Shown here one piece after another: positions 1-14,214 of a stretch of 64,000 nt of DNA; position 1 is the stretch's first letter, and every line of letters starts with the position of its first letter. The position numbers and the translations under genes were made by a program. This stretch comes from Mizuhopecten yessoensis (lineage: Eukaryota). A model generated the notes under the pieces. It searched no databases. It was given only the letters and a program-made list of their open reading frames with translations, and had not been told where the DNA came from. The stretch is taken from the NCBI RefSeq assembly GCF_002113885.1, contig NW_018407272.1, positions 74,273 to 138,272 on the forward strand. Direction: 5' to 3'.

Positions 1-3000
1 GACTCAGGTAACTCCCGTACTAAGCTTTATGATACAGATCCGTATGTTGTCAGATATTTATATGTATTCAGCGGAAACGATCGATGTACTTAAGATTTAA
101 AATCTGTCATTGTCATTCAAATTATAGGGGTTGTGACTACAATATGTTAAACTACAGCGTTCTGAATGGGGGCAGCCCTCGCTACATGGAGATAATGTAG
201 TTTATTTTGTCCGAATTTTGATGAACAAGCTGATAGAAATTTAATTATGTTAAAATGTGAAGCGAAAGAAATCTGCCATGTTTAAATATACCTTAGCTAA
301 TAAATTCTAAAACCATGATGATTGTGAACTTTGTTATTTTCTTAACAGGTTGGTTATCTATGATGCGTTGTAAGTACATATCCAGTAAAGGATACAAGTC
401 TATGTCAGGGTTTACTGGGTACGACGGGTTTAAAACAGACAAAAAGGAGTCACTTAGGGTTTTCGTTCAGACATTCGTCCTCCTATATTGTCCGTATAAT
501 TATTACAATCACTGTATTTATTTTCCTTTTTTTATTCATTTGTCATTCTTTTAATCTTATTATTTTCCTTTTCTTAAAGGTAACTTTGACATCATTTATA
601 TATTCGACCATCTATCGGTATTTCAATAATGTTTCATCATAGTAAAAATAACAAAATTGTGTATCAAAAGTAAATGTTTAAAAAAAAGAAATAAGAGAAC
701 TGAAATAATTCTAAAATCTTATTAATTATTATTAATTTTATTTAAAAATTATATCTTTTCTAAAAATTACATTGGTTCTTAGGAACAATAAAAAGGAAAA
801 AAATTCCTTTACTTGTAAAAATATAGTATAAATTTGATATCTAATAACAATATTTTACGATAATTGATTGACTTTGTGAACGAGTGTGTTGCACATACTC
901 AAATATATTTTTTAAATTATTTCTTTTAATTTTTATGAATGTACCTTTTTCACTCAAGTACACTTATTTTGTAAATAAACATCAAGCGTTTATCTATCAA
1001 TATTATAGCAGAGGTACATTTAAATATTTTAAATAAGAGACAATGCCAAAACAGTGATACATAATTATCAATAAAAGCCAACTTCGTTTATTCTTAGAAT
1101 ATCTAGCTAGAGTTTTGTTGCTTTCGTCGGAAAAACAAAGCGAGATTTTTCCTTTCATCTTAGTTTATTATATGTCTGAAATGAGATGGTTTTGAATCAA
1201 GATGAATAAAGCCATTAAAGTATTTATCATTATTTATTGATGCATATTTCAACCGATAGAAAATAATCTGAATAAGTAAAATAACTCAGACCATTCTATA
1301 AAATATTTTGCAGTATAACTATGAATTCATGTTATACAAACAAAAACAAAACAAAATGACAACAGTAGTTTTAAATATGTCCGTGTTTTTTTGTTTGTTT
1401 GTTGTTGATGTTGTAGGTTTTTTCTATTTTTTCTTTGTATTGATAAATAATATTATTCAGTTGGGGGGGAGGAGGAAAACAAAAGACAGATTTTAACAAT
1501 AAAATATTTCAAATGTCTCCAGGTAAAACTAATCATTTCCTTACTATACAAAAAAATACATAAATTACTAATTTATTTGAACAAGATCATATTAACCATT
1601 CAATGTCGACAACTTATTTCAAAAAAATACGACTGTAAATTAAAAAATAAATGTTATTTCCGTAGAGTATATTGAATATCAAATATCTGCTAAACTCTTT
1701 ACGACACAAAGATCCAAAGGTATTTACATTCTGAAGATTACCCAATTACCTAGTCGAAACACAAGCGTTATATCAGATTTCATTTGAGACTTCTAGACAA
1801 TAGACCTCATTTGCAACGCGTGACATATTCTGTTGTGTTTTTTCTTTCGCAAATTGTCTTCCATTTTCCTAAAATGGCTGTTTGTGAACAATGGCATTAG
1901 TTGTGTCAATAATGAGTATCTGGTTGTGTTGTATACGGGATCTGAGTCACACACACCTTGGTACTCCTGACAGACTGGTCCGATATCTGATATCCCTCTG
2001 TACTAATTTGCACTCTGAGAGTGAGAGAAGTACTATTACACTCCTAAACAGATCGTCACTGCCGTCACAAGAATGCTTTGCGGGGGAGAAAACAATGGAC
2101 ACAATCGTTTTATTTTTAGAAGATATTTATTAAATCAAAGAACAGAGGTGATCGTCTTAGACTTTTTTCAATATAAGACAACTGTTTATCAGTCTCCTCA
2201 ATGTAAGTAACATGTCGTTTTTTCCTGTGTGAGGACACCATATTGTTTAGGGGACTGACTCCAGGGCTCCCCAACCCTGGCAGTTCCTATCAATTTATTT
2301 ATATATATCTGTATATACTTATCAGTATTATATATATATATATATATGTAATATTTTGCTGGGGGGGGGATGGGAAAAAAAGAAAAAAGAAAGTTTTCTT
2401 AGATAACATTCTAAGATTACATTATAAGAAAACATTACATTAAAATTCTTTTAATTGAATTGCTAAAATTGATTCAGTGTCAAAGACTGTCTCTGCGACC
2501 ACGTTTGCCCTTATCGCTAGCCATCTATAGTCAACTCATTATTTATATATTTGAAAAATTCTTAACGGACCATCTACACAATCATGTCATTCTAGGTTAC
2601 AAGGCAGATACATGTTAACACAGAGGAGGTAGCACAGATATGAAAACAGTTTGCATGAGCATCACATTAGTGGCTTTATATGATAATGCAGGTCAATCCT
2701 TCCCCCAAAATTATGTAGTTAATTTTGTCCGGGAATGATGTTAGATCAGTGTTTTCTGAATCCCAAAATATCTTTATGAAACACTAGATGTTGGTATTAA
2801 CTATATCCTTTATTTACTTCTTTGTGGGGGGAAAAAAGGAAAGATTTTTTTTCTACTCGTCTTCGGTTGTTGGTGAACGCCATATTTTATTGTATTTGGC
2901 AAATGACATTGTGACGGTAGCCACAATTGGTGTAAGAAACCCCAATCCTCGGGGTTCGGTTGATCTTGGTAATATTTTTATTGGTGTCTACTGTTCAGTT

Positions 3001-3939
3001 CTACCCTGGCCTAAATTCATGAAGCTGTTCGCATGGTCAAGCAGTAATTCTGACCTTAAACCAACTTTATTATAATTTGCTCAAATCATGCGACACAGTC
3101 CAAAAGTAAAGTCTAGACAATGAAAACGGTATTATTCTCCCCGACGTGCGGGGTTTTTTCTTTTCCTTTTTTTTGTAAAAATCTTTAGTAATTAACCACT
3201 GCAAAAAAAACTTTAGGCTGGAGAAGAGAATCTAAGTTTAAGCATGAGAACGGTATCATCAACACAAACCCTGAATTTGACAAAGTGATAATTGTATTTT
3301 TATGTATTTACATTCTGTGTTTCTTTTAATTTCTTGCAATATCTCATAGACTTACAAACGAAAATGAAAAGATCATTATGAGTATGATAACTTTGCCGCT
3401 ACAAATGTACCAACTGTAATGTTATTTTTGAAATGAATATATATACATTAATCTTGGTTTGAGAATTAAAGAACGGATCTGTTTGCATCTGAATTTTATG
3501 AATGATTGTTTTATGATGAATAGTTATTTTGGCTTAAGAATATGTCAGGGGTGTTCATTTTGTCTCTCGAGTAGTGCAAAACGTATGTTTTCTATGTTAA
3601 AGCTATCGTTGCCATGCTAACCAATGAGCTGTACGTGAACAATCATCACCAACAGTAAACAAAGAAATAATACGACAAAGAGCATACTTAATGTAATGAA
3701 TTCCTATAATGGGATGGTTAAAAAGAAACAACTAATTCAAATATTACTTTCTTAATTAAGTTCCGTAAGATAAGTCTTGTCCCAAGCGTCTTAACTTTTT
3801 TTTTTCTTTCTTAAGAGTCGTATCAATTATGTCAAAGAAATTTAGTGCATTTAAAAAATATTTTTCAGTATGATACACCAAGCTTGATTTCCGACTGCAA
3901 CTGTCCTAAGTGAATGTCCTTACATCCACTACGTTGGGC

Positions 3940-4078
3940 AATTGCTAGGTAATAGCCGCAGGTCGGTGGTTTTTCTTCGGGTACTCCGGCTTTCCTCCAT
4001 CACCAAAACCTGGAACGTCCCTAAATGACCATAGCTTTTACATTCATGTAATAGGACTTAGAACACACACAAACAAAG
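3940..4078 (+). mobile_element. tRNA-derived SINE, V-domain type, 5'-degraded
   Basis: GGTGGTTTTTCTTCGGGTACTCCGGCTTTCCTCC core, TAATAGGA and CAAA tail; paralogous to 49262-49460. Confidence 0.75.
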
Positions 4079-4615
4079 GCAAACCGTACATCGTGATCAT
4101 AGAAACATATAGGTGATATCACTTTGCTGTATCCTATATGATGTGAGAGAGATGGACCAAAACAGGTTATAAAGAATGTCAGACTCTTCTTATTGCACAC
4201 ATAAGCAAATCCGCATGTTTACCAACATAACGAAAACAGATATCTTTAATCGTAGTTTTCCGATAAAATTGGTACAAATTGATTAATATTCACAGCACAA
4301 AGTAGAAGGTAGATGATTAACCTTAAACAAAAAAATCGGAATGTCAAATTTAGACACATTGATAGACTTGACGAGAATAATAGCTCTATCAGGAAATAAA
4401 TCAATCTTAACCCAATGCTTGTGTTGCACCTAGATAACAGATATTTATATCAATAATGATATTGTTGTTTCACACTAGATTACAAAGATATATCAATAAC
4501 GGTATTTCCTGTGTTGTTCTATATCACACTAGATGACAGAGAAAGAAATCATTTTAGATATAAAAAATGAACCTAAAATAGCAATACTTCCTTCAGTTAT
4601 AAAATATAGCCACAC

Positions 4616-4716
4616 CAATCTGATTAAAATCATATGTTACATGGCTCCGTTAACTTCGTACTCAGGCGTAGTACGAAGTTAACGGAGCCATGTAACATAT
4701 GATTTTAATCAGATTG
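4616..4716. mobile_element. 101-bp perfect foldback element with 9-bp target-site duplication
   Basis: 47-bp perfect arms (4616-4662 and 4670-4716); TAGCCACAC on both sides (4607-4615 and 4717-4725). Confidence 0.8.
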
Positions 4717-6161
4717 TAGCCACACGGAGTTTTAATTGCAAGTAGAAAGTAAAACACTTCATGCTTGACATGAGAATGGAACAAGATTGTAGCCGAAGGG
4801 AGACAACTCCGGTCTTGCCTTTTTATTGATGCTGTAGAATATTTTTTTATTTTTTGCACACGGCAAGGCCATTTGTTTGGATTTCTTTTTTTATTTCTGT
4901 GTACCTTGCTTTTGTCATCATTGAGGACTTATAGCTACGACGGCTTAAGTCAGAATTTCAGTCGCATTACAAAAGTGCATTAATAAACACTGAAGAAAAT
5001 AACGTTAAACTAATGAATCGTCCAATTAGTGTCATATTTTGCATTCAAAAGACACAGAGAGCTTCGGAAGTTGAGTTGTACATACGAATGTTTAATGTAG
5101 CTAGAGGAGCTCCGATTTTTTTCTTTTAGTAAAGCACATCATTGATGGAAAATGACATGGATCACGTGACTCAACCAACCCGCGTACATTAGTTAATATG
5201 CGTGTGGCATATTGAAGCTGCTTCGCCAAGCGAAGGAATGATACCATTTGTTGGAAATATTAAATGACATTTCGACATTTTGACATAATGAACCTCAAGA
5301 AAAAACTACACTAGATTTGTATCAAACAATACGTACGCTCAGCTGTCAAACAATACACAAATCTGTAAATTTAATTATACTTGTCAACTGAAACAACACT
5401 TCGTTTTTTTACACGCTGTTTTTAGATCCGCGGTTAAATATTTTAAGCTTAAACAAGCAATGCTAATTTTTTTGGTAAATTGAGCATAGATTATGCGGAA
5501 CTGTTGAGGCGTGTGCAGTATGAAGGCACGCTGACGTACCGTTGGGTCCGGATAATGGCGAGTTCATCTTCCTGATATTTCAGCCTACTATCTTGAGTCG
5601 GCCGTTTGTAGAGGATCTTTGGTTGAGTGAACCCATGTTCTTCCAGACAATGGAGGACAGAATCATTATCGTAAGCAGCCCTTCACCAAAACGCATTGTA
5701 TCAGGAACGACAACTCTGTGATCTACGACCTGTCTTATTTAATTAACTGTGCAGAAGGCAAAGAAAGTGAAACAAAAATCTTTAACTTAGTATGATATGT
5801 GTCACGCACTTTATTTTAAAATATTATCATTTAATTTTAAATGTCAACATGATAACACTGATTCTGATTCAGTATATCGATGTATAACTAGAACGGAAAG
5901 TCCGAGGTTGAGTGTATTAGTAAAGGACAGAATACTATGTTTTAGTTTAGTTTAAACAGTATTTTGTTCAATAATCGAGCACGAAACTTGCCTGTAATTT
6001 CAAACGGATTGGAAAACGAATACAACATCGCGTCGACAATAATAAAGGAAAAGAAGTGATTTTCATCATCTTTTCATATTCTAGTTTGCTTATATAAAAA
6101 TTATTACGTTCAAAAATTAAGAAGAAATACTATTTTATATTTAAAAAACATACATTATATA

Positions 6162-6202
6162 TTCCCCTGATGAACCTCTAAAGAGGTGAACGCGCTAGGG
6201 AG
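6162..6202 (+). ncRNA. Minimal type-I hammerhead ribozyme motif (Penelope-type) with one core mismatch
   Basis: TTCCC-CTGATGA-ACCTC/TAAA/GAGGT-GAA[C]GCGCTA-GGGAG. Confidence 0.55.
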
Positions 6203-8501
6203 GTACTAAGAAAATCTTGTCATTTGTTTTTTATATAAGTATATATATTTAAACTTCGTATGTCCAAACAATTGGGCTGGGATTGTTTGGCATTTGCACT
6301 TATTTTGCCGGTTAACAAACTTCGTGAGTCCGTACAGTAAGAGTTGTCGCTATTATTAAGACTATGTGAGTTTTGTGATAAATTTGTAGTATATTAAACA
6401 AGCTATGTGATATAGGATTTGCCTGCTTATAAAACTGTGAAAAAAGCATTTGTTTAAAAAAATTGATACTTTTGTTTTCTTTCGATTCAAATATGTACGT
6501 CGGCGACGATCTCGCTTCATGGCTTCAAATCTACTCTTTGTGCTTCATTGAAAAAAACAATTGCGATAGCTTAATTTTACGGCATAAATTTTACTACTGA
6601 CAGCATGATATCACGTGGGTAACTGTGAAGAAAGGTTAATTGGGCTGCTTTCTTTGTCCAGTGGAGAAAATCATAACTCTAACAGATCAATTACGTCCGC
6701 CTAAACGTCCCATACACCGTAAACAGATTCTAAACAAGCTCTTATCGCACACAGTAACCAGCATGTCACCGAAGCGTTCAAACGACACAGATCGAGGTAC
6801 AGAACTTTACGGTGGATGGTTCAAACGAGGCCCATGGGAGACCAGGACTGGAGGCGATGTTTCGGTAATATCAGACTTAAAGAGGTGACTATCGGCTTGT
6901 AAAGTGTGCTCAACGTCCAATGGGAATTGGCGGGGACGAAGGGCCGTAATCACATGGTCATAAACAGACCGATTAAAAGTAAATCGGAAACAAATTTACA
7001 ACATGAAACCGACGATTAAAGAAAATTTTGTTCCAGATTTACGAAATCAAAGAAAGGAAACGTGCTCGTTACTCTTCAGAGCTAGCTTTTAGAGTAAAAT
7101 TGGGTTTGATAATCTGCTTCTTAGATAGAAATAGATAAACTGTTCAGCATAGCTCTCCTTAATTACAAATGGATATATCGCTAGTACAGAGTAATATGTC
7201 ACATTGTATACCATTGCGTCCGTTGTATGTTTGGTAAAAATCTATGCCTTACATCCCTGTCCTATATTGAATGCCGAAATAGATATCCAAACAGTTGATT
7301 TAAGCATTAAATGTCAACTTTACATAGCGTTAAAGTAACCTAACTTATGAATTGCACAGCATGTAATTTATTCCTTTTTGAACAGTAGATAAAAGACTTC
7401 AAAACAATTTCCCAAAAAATATGATATTTTCACAAGGTTTTTCTAATGCGTTTCATGAATATTATATGAAATATGAACGAGTTTAATATTTCTGTTTTAT
7501 TACATGCATCATTAATTTATCTAAACTGACAGTGATTTTTTTTTAGCAATACTTCGACCAGAAAATGAATTTTTTTCCTCTGTCGCGAAAATTGTTTAAT
7601 TACACTGTATAAAAGAAGTACATGGTCTAATAAAAATGTATAGAATGCTAGTGACAGTATGGAAACACGAGTTGATGCCGCCTTGAATAGGTGTTATCGC
7701 GACCATCCACGAGTTACTCCCCTTCGAAGAGTTCTTGCTGGAAAATGCACAAGTCTCGCGAGAGAATGCGAGGATACGGGGGCAAAACAATCTGCCATGT
7801 GTAAACAATAGCCCCACCTTCACTGTATTGAACCAACCAAAAAAAAACACAAGAATAGAGGTCACATCAAATGCATTTAGTGATCACATTCCAATCGAAT
7901 TGTTTGTCCAAAACAAGCCTTCTGACGTTTCATTTACATAAAGGTAACACACGATACTCTGTACGCGGCTGACGGTCCGTCACAGCTGTGACGCTTTAGC
8001 CTTTAGCTTCGTCCTCTTTTTCAATATCTGGCCAATTTAACACATCTGCTTGCTATCATAGGTGTACTAGCTGCCCAATTTACTTATTTGGAGTAGGTGA
8101 TACCTTTTGACTTTAAAATATTACCCTATTTATTACTTGGAAGTTCGTGGAAATTCGTATCTGAATGTTTTGGCGCTGCCATGTTGTCCATTGCCCCAGC
8201 GAGTACAGTTTAATCCCCTCCTATTTGAAGAGTTCCACTGGTCGCGATATCATCTATTACATGCAATTTGAGATAAAAAAAATATATACTAGAACATCTA
8301 AATCGAAGTTTCTATTTATGACGAGACATTTTTACGTAAACTGTGTTTTCCCGTATGATCATTTTAGGTGGGTGACAACACTTTGCTGAATTCGGACAAT
8401 ATTTCAGACGTACTGTACGTTCCGATTTGGACCAAGTTTGTACCACTTCTAAATCTACATCAATGATTTAAAAGGAAACTAGATAAATTCCCTACTCCTC
8501 A

Positions 8502-8553
8502 AATTGTACATTCAGGTATTTAGATGATGTTTCGTCTTTGAAAAATAAGTATT
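8502..8553 (+). mobile_element. Penelope-like reverse transcriptase relic
   Basis: Translates to NCTFRYLDDVSSLKNKY*, matching the FRYIDD-LSLNN catalytic motif of Penelope-like RTs. Confidence 0.55.
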
Positions 8554-11500
8554 GACTGCCCCCTTTGACTACAGTGATCATAATCCTTCAATTCATTTCC
8601 ACTCTCTATAATTAATGTGATGACTTAATTCTCAATAATGACATACCAGCCTCTTCTACTTTTGAAGTTTTCTTGTCACCGCTTAACCACTAGTGACTCT
8701 AGAACTGTTTTCTACTGCCATGGTGGTATCGATAGGTGTGCCCTGATGATAATCGCGTGTTAGATGTTTCACGACATACGTATGTATTTCTCTCATTTCC
8801 GTGTGTGTAAGATAGAGAGCTGTCCAGGGTAAGAAAAGGGGTATAGGAAATTTCTATCTTACACCCAATTTCACGTGACGTCACGTCACCATAGCTCAAC
8901 AATTCCCCTATCCTACACCCCTGTGCATGAAAGAGTCTTATAATATACCTTTCTAGAATTAACCAGAAACATCATGATACCTGCCACTTGAAACACATAG
9001 CTTTGCACAGCTCTCTGTTTTATTGGGGTTCATGTTGTTCTTACCATTGTTTTGGTGTCCCCTCGGTTCTCCGTCTTTGTGTTCTGATTTCGAGCATGCG
9101 TTTTGATTTTACTTCCGGAACAAAACTCCTTAATCAAATTGAGTTTAAGAGTGATGCGATTGGAATGAATATTGTCAATAAACTCCAGATGAAAAAGACA
9201 TGAATATATGTCACTATTTTACATATTATGATAATTGTATTACAGAATTATTTTAATTAGAAACGGTAATATTTGAGAATTTTGTAAAGTATTATTAATA
9301 CAAACGATATCTTTCTTATGCTTATTTGGTTACAGTAAGCATTTTACCAAAAATGTGAGTGTCGCTTATTTAAATTGAATTATAAAATATGCAGAATTGA
9401 AGTTGATTTCTTTAGAATGCATGCATAGACTAAATTTACTTTAAGTTTAAATTGAATTGTGTTACAATGAAAGATATAAAATAGGAGCTTAACAAATACA
9501 TTACAATACATCTTCGTATGGTGTTGTTCGGAATTATTCATCGGAGGTATCGAATTTAAATATTTGTCAAATGCCAGTTATGATAATACAAAGGGTGTCG
9601 GTAGGATTTAGAGCATTATACAAATAAATGTCTTAAACCTTTGAATCCATAACGTTCTTTAATTTTACCATTGTCCATCGATCAGCTCATTATAATTGGC
9701 GTTTTTTTTCAAATTGTCATAATATCTGGTATTATTATTTTTACAAAATACTCCTATATCAATATACATCGAACTTGTATAATCATACAATACATTTGTG
9801 TTAATATATCTCGTACTGATATAATACAATATACTTGTGTCAACAGATCTTGTATAAAATATGAAAATCGCTAATATTTGCTGTTGTATTGCCTGAGATA
9901 TAAACCTGTTGACTATGTTAGTGTTGCTCAATTTATTGATTATGTTTTTCGTATTTGGCACAAAACATGACACAATTGATTGACAGTTACTGCAAAAAAA
10001 TATGTTTAGTAATTGTCAGTACCTCTGACTTCTAACAACACCTGTCATATCGATCATTGCTTCATATATCATATTTAATATTCCCCATACAAAACATAAC
10101 CTGCATAATTCATGTTCTGGGGTTTATCTTTGTCCACAACCATTACGTAATATGCAAATAACAGCGAAATCATTCATTAAATTACCAGGGGGTCTTCAAT
10201 TACCATTCTTGCCTTTAACTTCCCAGGACTTGTAGAGGCCAATTAAGACTTGTTTTGTCATATATTAACAGACAATACAGGATTCCAAGTTAAATTATTT
10301 GGTGTTCGTCTCCGATTGTCTCCCAGACATACCACTATCTCATATACTCAGAAACACTAATTATGACACGTTAATCAACGTGTACTTTCGGAACAGAAAA
10401 TAATTTAGTAGGAACGTAAATTTCCCAACTTAGAGAGTACTTCATTTATTCCAAATAATATAATTTACAGACTAATCATATGATTTAACTATGTAGAATA
10501 TGGACCGAAGAGATATTGTATGTATGAGGAATGCGAACTGAACAGCTTTTTTCAGCATGTTTGTTGAACGTTCGTTAAAATTTATGTTGACGCTTTCGTA
10601 AAAAAAATCGACTTCAGATAAAAAGATAATGTTGTATGTGGTGATCGCCCGTCCGTTAAAATGTATTTTGACTCAAGTGTCTATTTCGCACACTACCTTG
10701 AAATTTACATTCATATTTTGTTTTCATTACCCCGAACAACACGGCATTTTGAAGCGATTTATTGTCTGAAGTGTCTTTTTGTTATTTCCTATGTACAGTA
10801 ATGTTATTTTGGAAGTTTTCAACGCCATCTCTGTCTTGCAGAGCCTTTCAATTATGATCGTATTTACAAGATGACTTTTCACATTAACATATTGTCAAAG
10901 AAAGAAAAAGAAAGAAAAACGAGTGATTTTAGAAATCGATAGCAATGAATTCTTTATGGTTATGACGTATTTCATCCTTTGTTCGAAACTATACCTTTAT
11001 TTTACAGTTCTAAGTTTAACAATTTTATAGTCAATGATGGAGCCTGTTAACGATAGATTTAACACATGTTTATTAGTTTAAATGAGTCACACTTCCTTCA
11101 CGTGTCCTCCAATCTTATGATCCTATGTGCTCCTCCCCATCATCTACTTCCTTCCTTTCTACCAATAATTAAATATTAGTGACAATTTTTTTCCAGACTT
11201 TGATGATATATGACATAGCTGTATGTACAATATGTACATATTGAGAAAGAGTCTTTGTAAGTTTGCTTTGCTGTTCCAAATTCTCCTTTCCCAAAGTCTG
11301 GCAACAAAATATGATTAAACTAAACTAATTGAGGGATGCCTGTCGTCTGTATCAAACATATCACAGCTGTCAGCTCGATTTCCTTTCGAACTCTCTCCTG
11401 TGTTCTGTAGAGGTCGAGTTAGCCAAGTTTTTCGGTGATTTTCCCACCGTTTCCTGGACGCTGTGGGCGATATGATGATGACGTCATGCCTGTCCGTGAC

Positions 11501-12818
11501 AAGTGTACAGGTATGGAGGTAATTAGACAGGTAGATAACCGAGGTAGGTCTTTTAAAGGCCTGGCCAGTAAAGCTACCTGCTGGGTCGGGATCAAGTTAG
11601 TAACGCAGTTTACCCCCGTAGAGGCCCGAGCGATTTGTAATGTTACACCTATGTCGATTGTTTTCAGTTGATCAGCTCTGAAAAGCCAATGCGGGTAATT
11701 TGTTGTAAAACTATATACAAACCCGTGTTCTGTTTTCAATCCCCAAGACCTTATGATCCCATAAATAATTACAAAATCAGATAATTGACTTAAAGAGTTT
11801 CTCAGGTTCCCGACTCACCTTATGGACACGACCCTGTTTCGCTGTACCAAATAAAAACATGTTTTGTTTTATACGACGACAGGTTTTTTTTAATGAACAA
11901 ATTATTACAACGGCTAATAGATTTCTGTAAAAAGTCGGCAAGTGACCTCAGGTTAGCCACTAAGTACGCAAGGCACCACACAAATTGGCAACAGATTCGC
12001 AGATAAGTTTTTGTTGAGAAAATTGACTTTAATTATTCTATTAGGGCAGGAATACCTGGTGTATTACAATGGGGCGTTGTCTAATAGATTTTTAAGTTTC
12101 TGATAATTGTGCAGAAGACTGTTGGACAATTACTTCAATTTAACACACGATTTCATTGTTGAACTGTAACAAAATCTCAGAAACTTTGGCCTGCAGTAGT
12201 AAAGTACTACGGAAATCTATTGTATATTTGATCTACGTTGTACTTATCGTACTTATATTTCATCTTTATGTATATTAAATACGAGTAACGTGTGATTGAA
12301 TATTTCATTCTTAATCTCTGATAGACGTTGCACTTGAAATGATCACTTAAGTTCATCTCAACTTTTCCCACTGGTAGTCTTTTTGAAAAACTAGACTGTC
12401 TGCTTAGTCTACAACATTTCGAGGTTTTGATTTTTCTGATATTCCTATGATCAACTTATTTGTGTCTGAATACATTTTGAATCCGATTTCTTTCATAACT
12501 CCGCGAAAATTATCAAATATCTTTTTACCGGTACAGGCTAATACGGGAAAAAAAGGATTGAAAGTTCATAGCAGAAACACTGACTTCGCAATTGCTTAGA
12601 TAAAACTGGTATAAAAAACCCACCTATAAACTGCATGTATGAAGAGTGGGCACATTATTTCCACTGATTATTTACGTTAAATGTTGATATCAATAGAATT
12701 TGATCACTGTTATTGATAATGTGTTCAATTTAAGGATCCCTGTCCCACTGTACTGCCGTTTTTCCTTTAACTTCCGTTTGGATATAACTGTTTCACATTT
12801 GGGCTCTTACACTTGCGT

Positions 12819-12895
12819 TGACCAGGTATCTCAATCGGTTTCAGCGATGGTACAACAATCTGAAGTCCAGGGTTCGAATCCCGGTATGGCCCCAC
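12819..12895 (+). mobile_element. tRNA-like SINE head; a second copy lies on - at 41005-41070
   Basis: A-box-like GGTATCTCAATCGG and B-box GGTTCGAATCCC; AACAATCTGAAGTCC...GGT.TGGCC.CAC shared with the revcomp of 41005-41070. Confidence 0.65.
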
Positions 12896-13934
12896 AGAAT
12901 GGTTTGCACTCCGAACGCGTTTGTTGATTATATTATGTTTATTTTGTCTCCATTATATTTTCATACAAGTCACGCAAGGTATACCGTTCTTTTCAAAAAT
13001 GATTTATCAAATCTATAGTCATACCGGAAGATAACTTTCGAATGCATAGTTTCTTCTTTTGGCAGTGGTACGGGGATCCTTAAGACAAGCCCATCCTGAA
13101 ATGAGAGCACGCCATTTTGTTTTCGCGTTTTCCGAAGGTCTCCATTTACTCCTTGTTCATTTACCTGTTGACGATTTAGGGTCGAGTGCTACCGCTGATC
13201 AACCACGGTGGTAAAGGCTAATTAAATATCTAGATTTAATCATTTATCGCGTAATCAACGGGCGTTAATCAGCGCATGCGTATTGGTGTGGAACAAAACA
13301 AAGGCTAAATAGGTCTACCGCGCGTACTGCTGGCATTCAGGGGAAAGTCCTACCTCCAAGGCTAAGCCTTCTGTTGTCAGTGATATCATAGTCATCTTGA
13401 CAAAGAATGGCTAATTTTGATTCATTTAGTGTACTTTGTACAAGATTAAGAAGTTTAATCATCGAGAAACATTCATGTTTATTTGCAAAATTGGACTTTA
13501 GTGTACAAATGAAGTTTTCATCAATCATTACCTATACCGAAGCAACATTTGGTTCGTCGCGTTTGACATTCACAGAAAAAAAATCAATTAGAGAGTCGAA
13601 AGTGAAAAAATGGATAATGGCTGATAATGGCTATACAGGTTATTTAGTAAGATTATCGTGGGCTGACGAGTGGGTACGAGACAGGTGTCAAAACTTTAAC
13701 TCAGTGTTATTCCGTTCTTTTCTTTATAATTGTTCTGTCATTGTCACCCATTTGAATTGAACACAAGGTCAGAATTGAGTCATAATTGAATTAAAATTCA
13801 ATTAGAATATTCTACTGCAATCAATCATTTTCAAAGCACATCAATGCTTGTGGTTTTTAGGAACAACCGTCATTTTGGAAGGTCTGTCCGATTTGACCGG
13901 ATTTTATTATGAGGAGAAGGAGGCGGAGGAAAAC

Positions 13935-14214
13935 AGTTTCTCTTACCCTGGACAGGGGTATACGCACTTTTACCGGTGTGAGATTTCTTTGTCTCACCCT
14001 AGGGTTGAGAAGGGGGGATTCCCCTGAATTTAGCCTGAGACGTTAACATTACATTGTGTATATGATACACAATGGGAGAACAGGGCAACCCTCGGGAAAA
14101 GATTCTTAAGTTGCTAAACACTCGGCAAAGCCTCGTGTTTGGCAACTTAAGAATCTTCCCCCTCTAGTTGAGATTTCCCTATCTCACTCACAAGGGGATG
14201 AGAGATTCTATTAA
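13935..14214 (-). mobile_element. Non-autonomous foldback DNA element
   Basis: Hairpin AAGATTCTTAAGTTGCTAAACAC/CGGCAAAGCC/GTGTTTGGCAACTTAAGAATCTT; ends related to 56441-56692. Confidence 0.7.

Noticed and set aside
315-554. Possible exon after TTAACAG at 348
   Set aside because: No recognisable protein or partner exon within the window.
1725-1775. CTGAAGA...GAAAC hammerhead-like core
   Set aside because: Stems I and II do not pair convincingly; at best a heavily decayed copy.
5490-5745. GC-richer coding-like block
   Set aside because: The frames I read are interrupted by stops and show no recognisable family motif.
12819-12895. Functional tRNA gene
   Set aside because: D-arm and acceptor stem are degenerate and a deleted paralogue exists at 41005-41070, so it is treated as a SINE head.
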